64,000 nucleotides of DNA from Patescibacteria group bacterium (lineage in GTDB: Bacteria; Patescibacteriota; Minisyncoccia; JACQLN01): NCBI GenBank assembly GCA_038065095.1, contig JBBTRR010000001.1, positions 29,652-93,651 on the forward strand, read 5' to 3'. This document shows, piece after piece, positions 17,854 to 26,765 of this stretch (position 1 is the stretch's first letter; every line of letters begins with the position of its first letter). The notes under the pieces are model-generated. The model had not been told where the DNA came from and did no database searches. It saw only the letters and a program-made list of their open reading frames with translations. A program made the translations under genes and the position numbers.

Positions 17854-18981
17854 GTGCGCAAGCTCGAGGTAAAAATAAACTTCGAGCTTGCGCCAATTTT
17901 AATAATGAAAAATAAAAAAAATTTATCAATAAAAAGGTTTAGGGATTATGGCTTTAAAGTCGGTCTTTTGCCGTGTGGTAAAAAAAATTCCATAGCCGAT
18001 GTTCTTGGTGTAAAAGTAGGGCACTTAAATAAAATATTGGGTAAAGATATTAGAACTGGTATAACCATAATTGATCCGGGAATAAAAAATTTATTTAGAA
18101 AAAAAATTCCAGCCGCAGTTTATGTGGGTAATGGTTTTGGAAAATTAACAGGTACCACTCAAATTGAAGAATTAGGCACTTTGGAAACTCCTATCGCGCT
18201 TACCAATACTCTGGCGGTAGGGCCAGTCATGCGAGGCGTAGTAGATTGGGTTATTAAAAATTCGCCCGATATTAAATCAACAGAAACTGTAAATGCTGTA
18301 GTTGGTGAAACTAACGACGGCTGGTTAAATAATATTCATAAAAATTCAATCAGCTCAGTTGATGTTTTTAAAACCTTTAAAAATTTATCGGCCGATTTTG
18401 CCACAGGTTGTGTGGGTGCGGGCGTAGGCACACGTTTATTTTCTTGGAAGGGTGGTATTGGTTCGTCTTCGCGTTTAATTAAAATTGGAAACAAAAAATA
18501 TACACTAGGTGCTTTGGTTCAAACAAATTTTGGTGGCGCGTTAAATATATTAGGAATACCCGTTGGTAAAATTTTAGGCCAAACTGATTTTGATAGTTTT
18601 ATTAAAATAGGTGATGGATCTTGTATGATTGTTTTAGCAACAGACGCTCCGCTTTCGGCTCGCCAGTTAAAAAGAATTGCTAAAAGGGCAATGCTTGGTT
18701 TGGCTAAAACAGGTTCGGTTATGGCACATGGTAGTGGAGATTACGCTATAGCCTTTAGCACTAACAGAAGCGGTATAGAAGGCGAGGGAAGTTTGTCTAA
18801 ATGCTTGTCTGATTCATGTTTAACACAATTCTTTTTAGGAGCAGTTGAAGCCACAGAAGAAAGTATTTACGATGCTTTGTTTGCCGCAAAAACCACAATA
18901 GGTGTAAATGGCCATATTTTGAAATCTATTCCCAAAGAACAGGTGGTTGAAATAATAAAAAACAAAAATGGCGAAAAATAA
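17854..18981 (+). CDS. DmpA/peptidase S58 family aminopeptidase
   Basis: GKKNSIADVLGVKVGH, TGITIID, GSGDYAIAFS. The true start may be ATG ~17905 (MKNKKNL). Confidence 0.6.
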   Translation: MRKLEVKINFELAPILIMKNKKNLSIKRFRDYGFKVGLLPCGKKNSIADVLGVKVGHLNKILGKDIRTGITIIDPGIKNLFRKKIPAAVYVGNGFGKLTGTTQIEELGTLETPIALTNTLAVGPVMRGVVDWVIKNSPDIKSTETVNAVVGETNDGWLNNIHKNSISSVDVFKTFKNLSADFATGCVGAGVGTRLFSWKGGIGSSSRLIKIGNKKYTLGALVQTNFGGALNILGIPVGKILGQTDFDSFIKIGDGSCMIVLATDAPLSARQLKRIAKRAMLGLAKTGSVMAHGSGDYAIAFSTNRSGIEGEGSLSKCLSDSCLTQFFLGAVEATEESIYDALFAAKTTIGVNGHILKSIPKEQVVEIIKNKNGEK

Positions 18982-19669
18982 AAAACAATTTCGTTTGGGC
19001 ATTTTAGGTGGCATGGGGCCGATGGCTGGCGTTTGGTTTCAAAAAATAATAATAGATTCAACGTCAGCCACAAAAGATCAAGACCATATTCAAGTGGTTT
19101 GTTTTACCAATCCTAAAATTCCAGATAGAACGAATTCTTTGCTTAAAGATGGTGGTAAAGATTATGTAAAAGAGGTTTCTAAATCGCTTAAGGTTTTAGC
19201 TGAAGCCGGTGCAAATTTTCTTGCTATTCCTTGCAATACTGCACATGCTAGGCTTAAACAAATTCAAGCTAATATCTCGGTTCCTATACTAGATATGATT
19301 GATCTTACCGTAAATGAGGTGGTAGATAATTTCTGTAACGTAATTATTCTAGCTACGGACGCTACTATAAAAGAAAAGGTTTATCAGTTAAAAAATAAAT
19401 CTAATAATATTAATTGGATATATCCAGACAAAAAAACTCAAAAGAAAGTTTCGAAAATAATTTACAGTATAAAAGCTGGCCGAGAAAAAAATATTTTAGA
19501 AAATATTGTTAGTATGGTAAAAAAGCTTAATAAGAATTCTAACGCTGTTATTTTTGCTTGTACCGAACTTTCTATTTACGCCAAGGAGGCCAGAAAATTT
19601 ATTAAAATTCCAATAATTGACCCCTTAGAAGTGTTGGCGAAGGAAGTGGTTAGACTTGGAACCAAATAA
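18968..19669 (+). CDS. Asp/Glu racemase family protein (aspartate racemase-like)
   Basis: LGILGGMGPMAG and PCNTAH motifs. Confidence 0.7.
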   Translation: MAKNKKQFRLGILGGMGPMAGVWFQKIIIDSTSATKDQDHIQVVCFTNPKIPDRTNSLLKDGGKDYVKEVSKSLKVLAEAGANFLAIPCNTAHARLKQIQANISVPILDMIDLTVNEVVDNFCNVIILATDATIKEKVYQLKNKSNNINWIYPDKKTQKKVSKIIYSIKAGREKNILENIVSMVKKLNKNSNAVIFACTELSIYAKEARKFIKIPIIDPLEVLAKEVVRLGTK

Positions 19670-19670
19670 A

Positions 19671-19706
19671 ATATCCCTCCGACGAAAGGTCGGAGGGATA
19701 TTTTTT
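19671..19706. terminator. bidirectional intrinsic terminator
   Basis: ATATCCCTCCGAC-GAAAG-GTCGGAGGGATAT plus T6, between convergent genes. Confidence 0.65.
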
Positions 19707-19717
19707 AATACCTTATA

Positions 19718-20071
19718 TTACTTGCTAGTTTTGACTTGATTTACAATCTTGGCAAATACTTCTGGATTGTTTTCGGCGATGTCGGCTAATACCTTTCTAT
19801 CTAATTCTACATTGGCTTTCTTTAAAGCGTCTATAAAACGGCTATAAGAAATACCATTTTGTTTAGCAGCTGCGCCAACTTTAATTTGCCACAAGGTTCT
19901 AAAATTACCTTTCTTCTTTTTGCGATCGTGATAAGCCTTGGACCAAGCATGAAGCAAGGCTTCTTTAGCAGCTCGGTAATGTGTATTACGTGACCACTTA
20001 AAACCCTTGGCATATTTTAATAAATTTTTTCTGCGTTTAGACGCAATCGTTCCTCTTTTTACGCGTGCCAT
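19718..20071 (-). CDS. rplT: 50S ribosomal protein L20
   Basis: MARVKRGTIASKRRKNLLKYAKGF... Confidence 0.9.
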   Translation of the reverse strand: MARVKRGTIASKRRKNLLKYAKGFKWSRNTHYRAAKEALLHAWSKAYHDRKKKKGNFRTLWQIKVGAAAKQNGISYSRFIDALKKANVELDRKVLADIAENNPEVFAKIVNQVKTSK

Positions 20072-20091
20072 ATTTGTCTAAATTTTATTTT

Positions 20092-20295
20092 TTAACTTAA
20101 TCTTGCAAACGGCATTTTTTCCAAAATATTTCTAATTTCTGGTTTGGCCATTGCTGAATCTTTTTTAATGCTTCTCTTTCTGTTACTAGATTTCTTAGCT
20201 CTAAAATGATTTTGGTTTGGAGTTCTGTGCATAAGTTTTCCGTTTTTAGTTAAACGGAATCTTTTTGCCATTGATTTGTTTGTTTTTGAAGCCAT
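20092..20295 (-). CDS. rpmI: 50S ribosomal protein L35
   Basis: Basic 67-aa protein with L35-like motifs, in the infC-rpmI-rplT order. Confidence 0.85.
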   Translation of the reverse strand: MASKTNKSMAKRFRLTKNGKLMHRTPNQNHFRAKKSSNRKRSIKKDSAMAKPEIRNILEKMPFARLS

Positions 20296-20297
20296 GT

Positions 20298-20789
20298 CTA
20301 TTTATGTATAGTTATTGACCAGCCGGAAGGCGAGCTAGTCGGCGAACCATCGGTTTTATGCTGCTCGGTAACCATCTTTTCGAAAGCTATCAACTTGGTT
20401 CTAGCTAGATCTCTAAAGGCCTTTTCTCTACCTTTTAAAAATATTTCCAATCTAACTTGGTCACCTTTTTTAAGGAATTTATCGGCTAAACTGGCTTTTA
20501 CTTCGGTATCGTGAATAGAAGTTTTGAGCCCAATACGCACTGTTTTAAGCTCCTGCCTCTTATTTGAGGACTTCATCTTTTGTTCAGCCTTTCGCTGATG
20601 GTACTCAAATTTACCATAATCTATGATTTTGGCAACTGGCGGGGTGGCGGTAGGGTTAACCTCGGCTAAATCTAAACCTTTTTCCTTGGCTATTTTTAGG
20701 GCATCTTGCAAACTTAAAACACCCAAGCTTTTGCCGGTTTCATCTATAACTACTAATTTTTCCGAACGTATTTGGTTGTTTATTTTCAA
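20298..20789 (-). CDS. infC: translation initiation factor IF-3
   Basis: LVVIDETGKSLGVLSLQDALKIAKEKGLDLAEVNP. TTG initiation codon. Confidence 0.85.
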   Translation of the reverse strand: MKINNQIRSEKLVVIDETGKSLGVLSLQDALKIAKEKGLDLAEVNPTATPPVAKIIDYGKFEYHQRKAEQKMKSSNKRQELKTVRIGLKTSIHDTEVKASLADKFLKKGDQVRLEIFLKGREKAFRDLARTKLIAFEKMVTEQHKTDGSPTSSPSGWSITIHK

Positions 20790-20794
20790 ATTTT

Positions 20795-21058
20795 TTAGAT
20801 TTTGGTTGGTAAATTTTTTTTATATTTCTCAATTAAAAACTCCTTCTTTTTTCTAGACCATTTTTTAATTTGTATTTCTCTTTGCCTAGCTTCTTTAAGG
20901 TTTGAATATTCTTCTTTAAAAATAATTTTATAATGACCAGATTTTGTAAAAATAGCGCCAGATTTAGTGTTGTGAAATTTTAACCTTTTTTCCGGGTTTT
21001 CCGAAATACCAATATATAATTTATTGAAATTATTTTTAATTATATAAACAAAAATCAT
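20795..21058 (-). CDS. GIY-YIG nuclease-superfamily small protein (UPF0213-like)
   Basis: FVYIIKNNFNKLYIGISENPEKRLKFHN...EIQIKKWSRKKKE. The ORF-track extension to 21112 overlaps a tRNA-like remnant. Start taken at MIFVYII. Confidence 0.6.
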   Translation of the reverse strand: MIFVYIIKNNFNKLYIGISENPEKRLKFHNTKSGAIFTKSGHYKIIFKEEYSNLKEARQREIQIKKWSRKKKEFLIEKYKKNLPTKI

Positions 21059-21199
21059 AATTATGTCCCTCGACTTGTGGTGAAGAGGGTCGAACCACTT
21101 CGCTCGGGACACTCGACTCGTAGTGCATACCTACCAAGTTATTTGATTTGGTTGTGGCTTGCCACGAGTGAGTCCGAGCTTAAGTGAGGACGAGTCGAG

Positions 21200-21558
21200 T
21201 GGAGATGGCGGGAATTGAACCCGCGTGCAAAAAGTTTCTCGATTAAATTGCTACGAAGCCTAACCGTTCTTAATTTAAGTTTAACTCTTAAAGAACGGTG
21301 AAAAAAGTTAAACTTTTGGCGATTGTCTTAAGTCTAAAGTTCGCCTTCATTAGACAGCAGCCCGAAAGGTTGGCACCGCACACTGTCTTCTCGGGCGAAA
21401 ACAGGGCGATGGCTGATAGATTTTAAGCTACAGCGAACGCTGGTTTATTAGCGCTAAATAAGTTTGCACTTACTATTTGTAACCAGTTTTATGAGTTTGT
21501 GGTATACCTCAGCTTCGAATTCTTATCGATACGTTCCTTGACGATTCAAGTCATCCCC
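21200..21558 (-). ncRNA. ssrA: tmRNA (ssrA)
   Basis: 5' GGGGATGAC...TGAATCGTC. 3' tRNA-like GCGGGTTCAATTCCCGCCATCTCCA with acceptor pairing GGGGATG/CATCTCC. Internal tag frame GCA-AAC-... gives ANLFSANKPAFAVA-TAA (plus coordinates ~21424-21468). Immediately downstream of smpB. Confidence 0.75.
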
Positions 21559-21624
21559 ATGGGTAGGGTCTAGAAAAATCAGCCACTAGGTTAAAATAAA
21601 ACCCTATTGGCTAGTCCCTAAACC

Positions 21625-22071
21625 CTAGTGGCTATCTTTGAGTTCTCTAGCAATATCTCTTTCGGCGATACGTTTTTTTAAAACTTCTCGCTTATCACCT
21701 TTACTTTTACCTTTGGCTAAACCAATTTCTAGTTTGATTTGACCGTGCTTATTATAAACTTTTAATGGCACAATAGTCAACCCTTTTTCTTTGGTTTTCC
21801 CTTGTAAATATTGAAGTTCTTTTTTGTTAAGCAAAAGTTTTCGTTTACGTTCTGGGTTGTATCCGGCAACCATGTTTTTAGGTTGATAGGGGGCGACCAT
21901 AGCTTTCACTAGCCAAGCTTCTTCGTCTTCCACAACTATATATGCGCCCTGCAAACTATAATGGTTATTCCTTATAGACTTAACTTCACCGCCAAGCAAA
22001 ACCAAACCCGCCTCGAATTTCTCTAGGATATCATAATTAAAAAATGCTTTTTTGTTGGTTTTGCTTTCCAC
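21625..22071 (-). CDS. smpB: SsrA-binding protein SmpB
   Basis: KKAFFNYDILEKFEAGLVLLGGEVKSIR... typical SmpB. Confidence 0.9.
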   Translation of the reverse strand: MESKTNKKAFFNYDILEKFEAGLVLLGGEVKSIRNNHYSLQGAYIVVEDEEAWLVKAMVAPYQPKNMVAGYNPERKRKLLLNKKELQYLQGKTKEKGLTIVPLKVYNKHGQIKLEIGLAKGKSKGDKREVLKKRIAERDIARELKDSH

Positions 22072-22174
22072 CCAGTTATTTTAATACAAATATCTATTGT
22101 TGACAAGAATTATTGTAGTATTATATAATAATTAACACGTAGATTGTTCATTTTAAACTTATAGAGAAGGAGAT

Positions 22175-22657
22175 TTGGCTATGCTTATAAGAAAGAATGA
22201 ATACTTGGATTTACCTAGAAGTAAAGTAAGGTGTCTTAGTAATATCAGTCTGCCGAAAAGCACTAGTCTTTCGGTGTATCCTAAGTGGTTCATGAACAAG
22301 AATCATTTGGAGTTAAGTATTGTTCTTTTCAGAACAGATAAGAATGGTAATCTTAAGGAGCGGGAAGTTAGTCTTTTGGAGCTGTTTCCTTTGGAAAGTA
22401 TTCCCAGTGGCGGTCCTAATTTTTTGAGTTTTATTAAATCGGGAAGTCACCTCTGGGGTGCTATAGATATGAGTTTGCAGCAGCTTGTAACTAAAATCAC
22501 GCACGAGTTACAAATTTTCTTTGATTCCGAAGTTGCAACTCTTGGAGGTATAAATCCAAATGAAGTTGTGAAATTTTCCTTAGAAATTGGTCACGAAGTT
22601 TTAGAAGGTGAGAGTACTGTAAGGAGACTCAAGGGTTTTCTTCTCTTTAGGGAATAA
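22175..22657 (+). CDS. hypothetical protein
   Basis: 160-aa ORF. Upstream TTGACA ... TATAAT promoter-like elements around 22101-22130. A terminator follows. Confidence 0.35.
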   Translation: MAMLIRKNEYLDLPRSKVRCLSNISLPKSTSLSVYPKWFMNKNHLELSIVLFRTDKNGNLKEREVSLLELFPLESIPSGGPNFLSFIKSGSHLWGAIDMSLQQLVTKITHELQIFFDSEVATLGGINPNEVVKFSLEIGHEVLEGESTVRRLKGFLLFRE

Positions 22658-22667
22658 GATAGTCACA

Positions 22668-22697
22668 ACAAACAAAGCCCAGCGCTAAGCTGGGCTT
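22668..22697 (+). terminator. intrinsic terminator
   Basis: AAAGCCCAGC-GCTA-AGCTGGGCTTTTTCTTT. Confidence 0.6.
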
Positions 22698-22752
22698 TTT
22701 CTTTACTATAATTAGTTTTTTCGCTAAGGTTAAGTATATTAAGTCTATTAAA

Positions 22753-25700
22753 ATGAGACAAGTAAATCTACCTCAAGAAGAAGAAAAAGTTTTAAAACAT
22801 TGGCACGAAAACGAGATTTTCGAAAAAACTCTAGAAGCCACTAAAGATGGTAAGCCTTTTGTATTTTACGAGGGCCCGCCTACGGCCAATGGCAAACCAG
22901 GTATTCATCATATTGTGGCGAGGTCTTTTAAAGATATTATTTGCCGTTTTCAAACCATGAAAGGCCGGTACGTTTCGCGCCGCGCCGGTTGGGATACACA
23001 TGGCTTGCCGGTAGAAATTGAGGTAGAGAAAAAACTTGGTTTAAAAAATAAGCGCGATGTAGAAAAATACGGTATCGCCAAGTTTAATAAAGATTGCCAA
23101 ATATCGGTATGGCAATATAAAGATGAATGGGAAAAAATGACACGCCGAATGGGCTATTGGCTCGATTTAAAAAATCCATATATAACTTACGAACCTCAAT
23201 ACATAGAAAATGTTTGGAATATTTTAAAAAGAATTTACGATAAAAATCTTTTAGTTAAAGATTATAAAATCGTGCCGTTTTGTGTGCGTTGTGGTACGCC
23301 AATTTCTAGCCACGAAGTGGCGCAGGGTTACGAAACAGTTACAGATAGATCGGTAACCATAAAATTTAAAGTAAAAGGTTTAGAAAATACATATTTACTG
23401 GCGTGGACTACCACGCCGTGGACTTTACCAGGAAACGTTGCTTTGGCAGTTGGGCCAAAGGTTGTTTATGTAGAAGCCGAAGTTAACGGCGAAAAATATA
23501 TTTTGGCTCGCGATTTAGCCGAGAAAGTTTTTTCCTCGACTACGCTCGGAACAAGTGGCTCTGATTACAAAATAAATAAAGAATTAAAAGCGGGCGATCT
23601 TACCAAACTTTCTTACGAACCATTATTTGCAGTTAAAGAATTAGAAAGTGAAAATTCTTACAAAGTTTACGAAGCTGATTTTGTAACCACCGAAGATGGT
23701 ACGGGGATTGTGCATACCGCTGTAATGTATGGCGCCGACGATTTTGAACTTGGCACCAAATTAAATTTGCCAAAATTCCACACGGTTAACCGCGAAGGCG
23801 TTTTTGTAAAATCAGTCCCTGTTGTTGGTGGCCTTGCTATTGTTAGCGAAAATAAAAAAGACCCAATAACCGAAAAAACAATTTTGTTTTATTTAAAAAA
23901 ACAAAATTTTCTGTTTAGCGAAGCTAGCTACAAACACGAATATCCATTCTGTTGGCGTTGTAAATCGCCGTTACTATATTACGCCCAAGAAAGTTGGTTT
24001 ATAAAAATGTCGGCGTTACGGGGCGATTTAATTAAAAATAACGAAAAAGTTAATTGGGTGCCCGAACACATTAAAGAAGGTAGGTTTGGCGAATGGTTAC
24101 GCGAAGTTAAAGATTGGGCCATAAGCCGTGAAAGGTATTGGGGCACGCCACTGCCAATTTGGGAGTGCACCAAATGCGAACATAAAACCGTGATTGGTTC
24201 TTTGGAAGAATTAAATTCAAACAGATTTAGCGAAGGCACGGATTTTTTACTGGTTCGTCATGGTGAAGCTGAATCTAATGTGGGTCAATTTGTTAGCTGC
24301 TATCCAGAAAAAAAATTAAACCCACTTACCGAAAAAGGTAGAAAGCAAGTGGAAGAATCAGCTAAAAAAATAAAAAAAGAATTAGGTAAAAATAAAGTTG
24401 CAGCTATTTATGCTTCCGATGTTTTACGCGCTCGTGAGACCGCACAGATAATCGCGGATGAACTTAAAATAAAAGAAGTTGTCTTAGATGAAAGACTACG
24501 CGAAATAAACGTAGGCGATTTAAACGGCTTGCTTTCAAGTGAATACGTGGCCCATTTTAATTCGCTTAAAGATCGCTTTGTACGCCCAGCACCAGGCGGA
24601 GAATCGCTTGAGGATACAGTTAAAAGAATGAAGAATTTTGTGCATGATGTTTCTGAAAAATATGGAAACAAGAAGGTGATTGTGGTTAGTCACGGCGATC
24701 CCCTATTTTTCTTAAAAAATTCAGATAAAGTTTATGGCGAAGACGAACTTGAACTTCTATATCAAAAAGCTATAGATAAACCAGGAAAATATTTAGACCT
24801 GGCGGGGTTTACAGATTTTAAACTTAATAACTGGCCTTACGACGAAGAAGGGAATTTAAACCTTCATCGCCCTTATGCAGATAATGTGTTCCTCAAGTGT
24901 TCTATGTGTTCCTCAAAAATGGAACGTATAAAAGACTTAGCCGATGTTTGGTTTGATTCAGGTGCGATGCCATGGGCGTCATCGGAAAATCAAAAATCAA
25001 AAATCAAAAATCAAAATTTAGGGAAAGATAAGTTTCCAGCTGATTACATTTGTGAAGCGATAGATCAAACTCGTGGTTGGTTTTACACCTTAATGGCGGT
25101 TAGCACAGCTTTGGGCGAAGGCACGCCATATAAAAATGTAATTAGTTTAAACCACGTGTTAGATGAAAAAGGCGAGAAGATGTCGAAATCGAAAGGGAAT
25201 ATTGTAGACCCATGGATGGTGGGCGAGAAAGTTGGTTTCGACATGATGCGTTGGTATTTTTATACTGTAAACGCGCCGGGTGATAACAAACTTTTTAGTA
25301 TGCGCGATATAGAAAGCAAAAAGCGCAGGTTTGCCGATACTCTAATTAATTCATTCTTGTTTCTCGAAACATACTATGTTTCGAGTGGTGAGCGTAGTCG
25401 AACCATTACAGCTCGACCGGACATTCTAGATAAATGGATTTTAATGCGTTTAGAAAAATTAGAATTTGAAGTAAATAAATTTTTAGAAACTTACGATATA
25501 ACTTCCGCTTCGCGTGCTATAGAAGAATTTATAGATGAACTTTCTAATTGGTATATTCGCCGCAGTCGCCGCAAATTTCAAAAACAAAATATAGACGCCG
25601 AAAAATTATCGGCTCAAAATACTTTAACCGAAGTTTTAAAACGCACTGCTATTATTATGGCGCCATTTGCACCGTTTATATCGGAATGGCTATATATGAA

Positions 25701-26307
25701 TCTCAAAAACTTGAAACTTGGAACTTGTAACTTAGAATCAGTCCATCTCGAACACTGGCCGAAGTCATCCAAAATATCTAAATCGGAAATTACCAAAGCT
25801 ATGGAAAGAGCTCGTGAAATTGTGGCTCTAGGTTTAGCCGAGCGTGCTCAAGCGGGTTTACGCGTGCGCCAACCATTAAATGCTTTGTATGTTTCGCCAG
25901 CCGATTACAATTTAATTGGCGATGTTTTATACATTGTGGCGGAGGAACTAAATGTTAAAAAAGTTTTAAGCGACAGAAAAATAGAAAAAAATAGCGTTAG
26001 TTTGGATACTGTTCTTACAGCGGAACTCAAAGAAGAAGGTATGGTGCGTGAAATGATTCGCAACATTAACGAAATGAGAAAAGAAGCGAAGCTAACACCG
26101 GAAGATAAAATAATTTTGTATTACGAATTAAATCAAAACGCTAATTTTAAAGAATTATTAACGCGTTGGGAAAATATAATTAAACAAGAAACTCGTTCTA
26201 CCCAAATTCACTTCGGTATAACCGAAGCCGAAAGTTTTTTGGTCCACAAAGTTTGGAATTACGAAGGTTTTGAAATTGGAGTGGGGATTAAGACACACGA
26301 AGATTAA
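22753..26307 (+). CDS. ileS: isoleucyl-tRNA synthetase with inserted histidine-phosphatase (PGAM-family) domain
   Basis: PPTANGKPGIHHIVA (HIGH), CP1 editing region, WAISRERYWGTPLP, DQTRGWFYTL, KMSKSKGN. 1184 aa. Confidence 0.9.
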   Translation: MRQVNLPQEEEKVLKHWHENEIFEKTLEATKDGKPFVFYEGPPTANGKPGIHHIVARSFKDIICRFQTMKGRYVSRRAGWDTHGLPVEIEVEKKLGLKNKRDVEKYGIAKFNKDCQISVWQYKDEWEKMTRRMGYWLDLKNPYITYEPQYIENVWNILKRIYDKNLLVKDYKIVPFCVRCGTPISSHEVAQGYETVTDRSVTIKFKVKGLENTYLLAWTTTPWTLPGNVALAVGPKVVYVEAEVNGEKYILARDLAEKVFSSTTLGTSGSDYKINKELKAGDLTKLSYEPLFAVKELESENSYKVYEADFVTTEDGTGIVHTAVMYGADDFELGTKLNLPKFHTVNREGVFVKSVPVVGGLAIVSENKKDPITEKTILFYLKKQNFLFSEASYKHEYPFCWRCKSPLLYYAQESWFIKMSALRGDLIKNNEKVNWVPEHIKEGRFGEWLREVKDWAISRERYWGTPLPIWECTKCEHKTVIGSLEELNSNRFSEGTDFLLVRHGEAESNVGQFVSCYPEKKLNPLTEKGRKQVEESAKKIKKELGKNKVAAIYASDVLRARETAQIIADELKIKEVVLDERLREINVGDLNGLLSSEYVAHFNSLKDRFVRPAPGGESLEDTVKRMKNFVHDVSEKYGNKKVIVVSHGDPLFFLKNSDKVYGEDELELLYQKAIDKPGKYLDLAGFTDFKLNNWPYDEEGNLNLHRPYADNVFLKCSMCSSKMERIKDLADVWFDSGAMPWASSENQKSKIKNQNLGKDKFPADYICEAIDQTRGWFYTLMAVSTALGEGTPYKNVISLNHVLDEKGEKMSKSKGNIVDPWMVGEKVGFDMMRWYFYTVNAPGDNKLFSMRDIESKKRRFADTLINSFLFLETYYVSSGERSRTITARPDILDKWILMRLEKLEFEVNKFLETYDITSASRAIEEFIDELSNWYIRRSRRKFQKQNIDAEKLSAQNTLTEVLKRTAIIMAPFAPFISEWLYMNLKNLKLGTCNLESVHLEHWPKSSKISKSEITKAMERAREIVALGLAERAQAGLRVRQPLNALYVSPADYNLIGDVLYIVAEELNVKKVLSDRKIEKNSVSLDTVLTAELKEEGMVREMIRNINEMRKEAKLTPEDKIILYYELNQNANFKELLTRWENIIKQETRSTQIHFGITEAESFLVHKVWNYEGFEIGVGIKTHED
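24235..24730 (+). other. PGAM/histidine-phosphatase domain inserted within ileS
   Basis: LLVRHGEAESN (RHG), LTEKGRKQ, ASDVLRARETA, PGGESLEDTVKR, VVSHGDP. The domain sits between CTKCEH and KCSMCSS zinc-knuckle halves. Confidence 0.7.
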
Positions 26308-26765
26308 AAATAAAAAAACCTTAAAGTTCCTAAAATCCATTTGATAGCTCTTTTTAAGATATTTACATCCTCATCCATCATACCAATACTAGAATTACAT
26401 TGTCGGCAAATCCAGCCACGTATTTCCCCGTTTAGATGGTAGTGGTCTAAGACAACATCATTTTTAAACTGTCTGATTATTGTTCTATCACAGACAGGAC
26501 AGTGGAAAGATTCTCCGAGAGGTGGCATGGGATGGGTTTTTCCATACGCAATTCTCATCTTTATAGGAATTGGTTTTTTCCACTTGCGACAATTCCGACA
26601 TTCACCTCTCCTAGATATTTTTCCCGCAATACTTTTTTGGTTTTTTTCAAACTCAAAAATACTTTTTCTTTGCTGACATCGACGACAAATCTTGGTTTCA
26701 TTAAAACACAAATTACAGAACTCTTTGTGGGAGGCTTTATTACGATTACATTCAGTACAAATCAT
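26304..26765 (-). CDS. Endonuclease VII-family (HNH-like) nuclease with N-terminal Cys-rich Zn-finger repeats
   Basis: CPVCDRTIIRQFKNDVVLDHYHLNGEIRGWICRQCNSSIGMMDED matches the T4 EndoVII/Endonuclease_7 core. ATGA start/stop overlap with the upstream LexA-MTase gene. Confidence 0.6.
   Translation of the reverse strand: MICTECNRNKASHKEFCNLCFNETKICRRCQQRKSIFEFEKNQKSIAGKISRRGECRNCRKWKKPIPIKMRIAYGKTHPMPPLGESFHCPVCDRTIIRQFKNDVVLDHYHLNGEIRGWICRQCNSSIGMMDEDVNILKRAIKWILGTLRFFYF

Noticed and set aside
21068-21112. GGTTCGACCCTCTTCACCA tRNA-3'-end-like sequence next to the tmRNA.
   Set aside because: I could not fold a complete cloverleaf by eye. Kept only as a possible integration-scar remnant.
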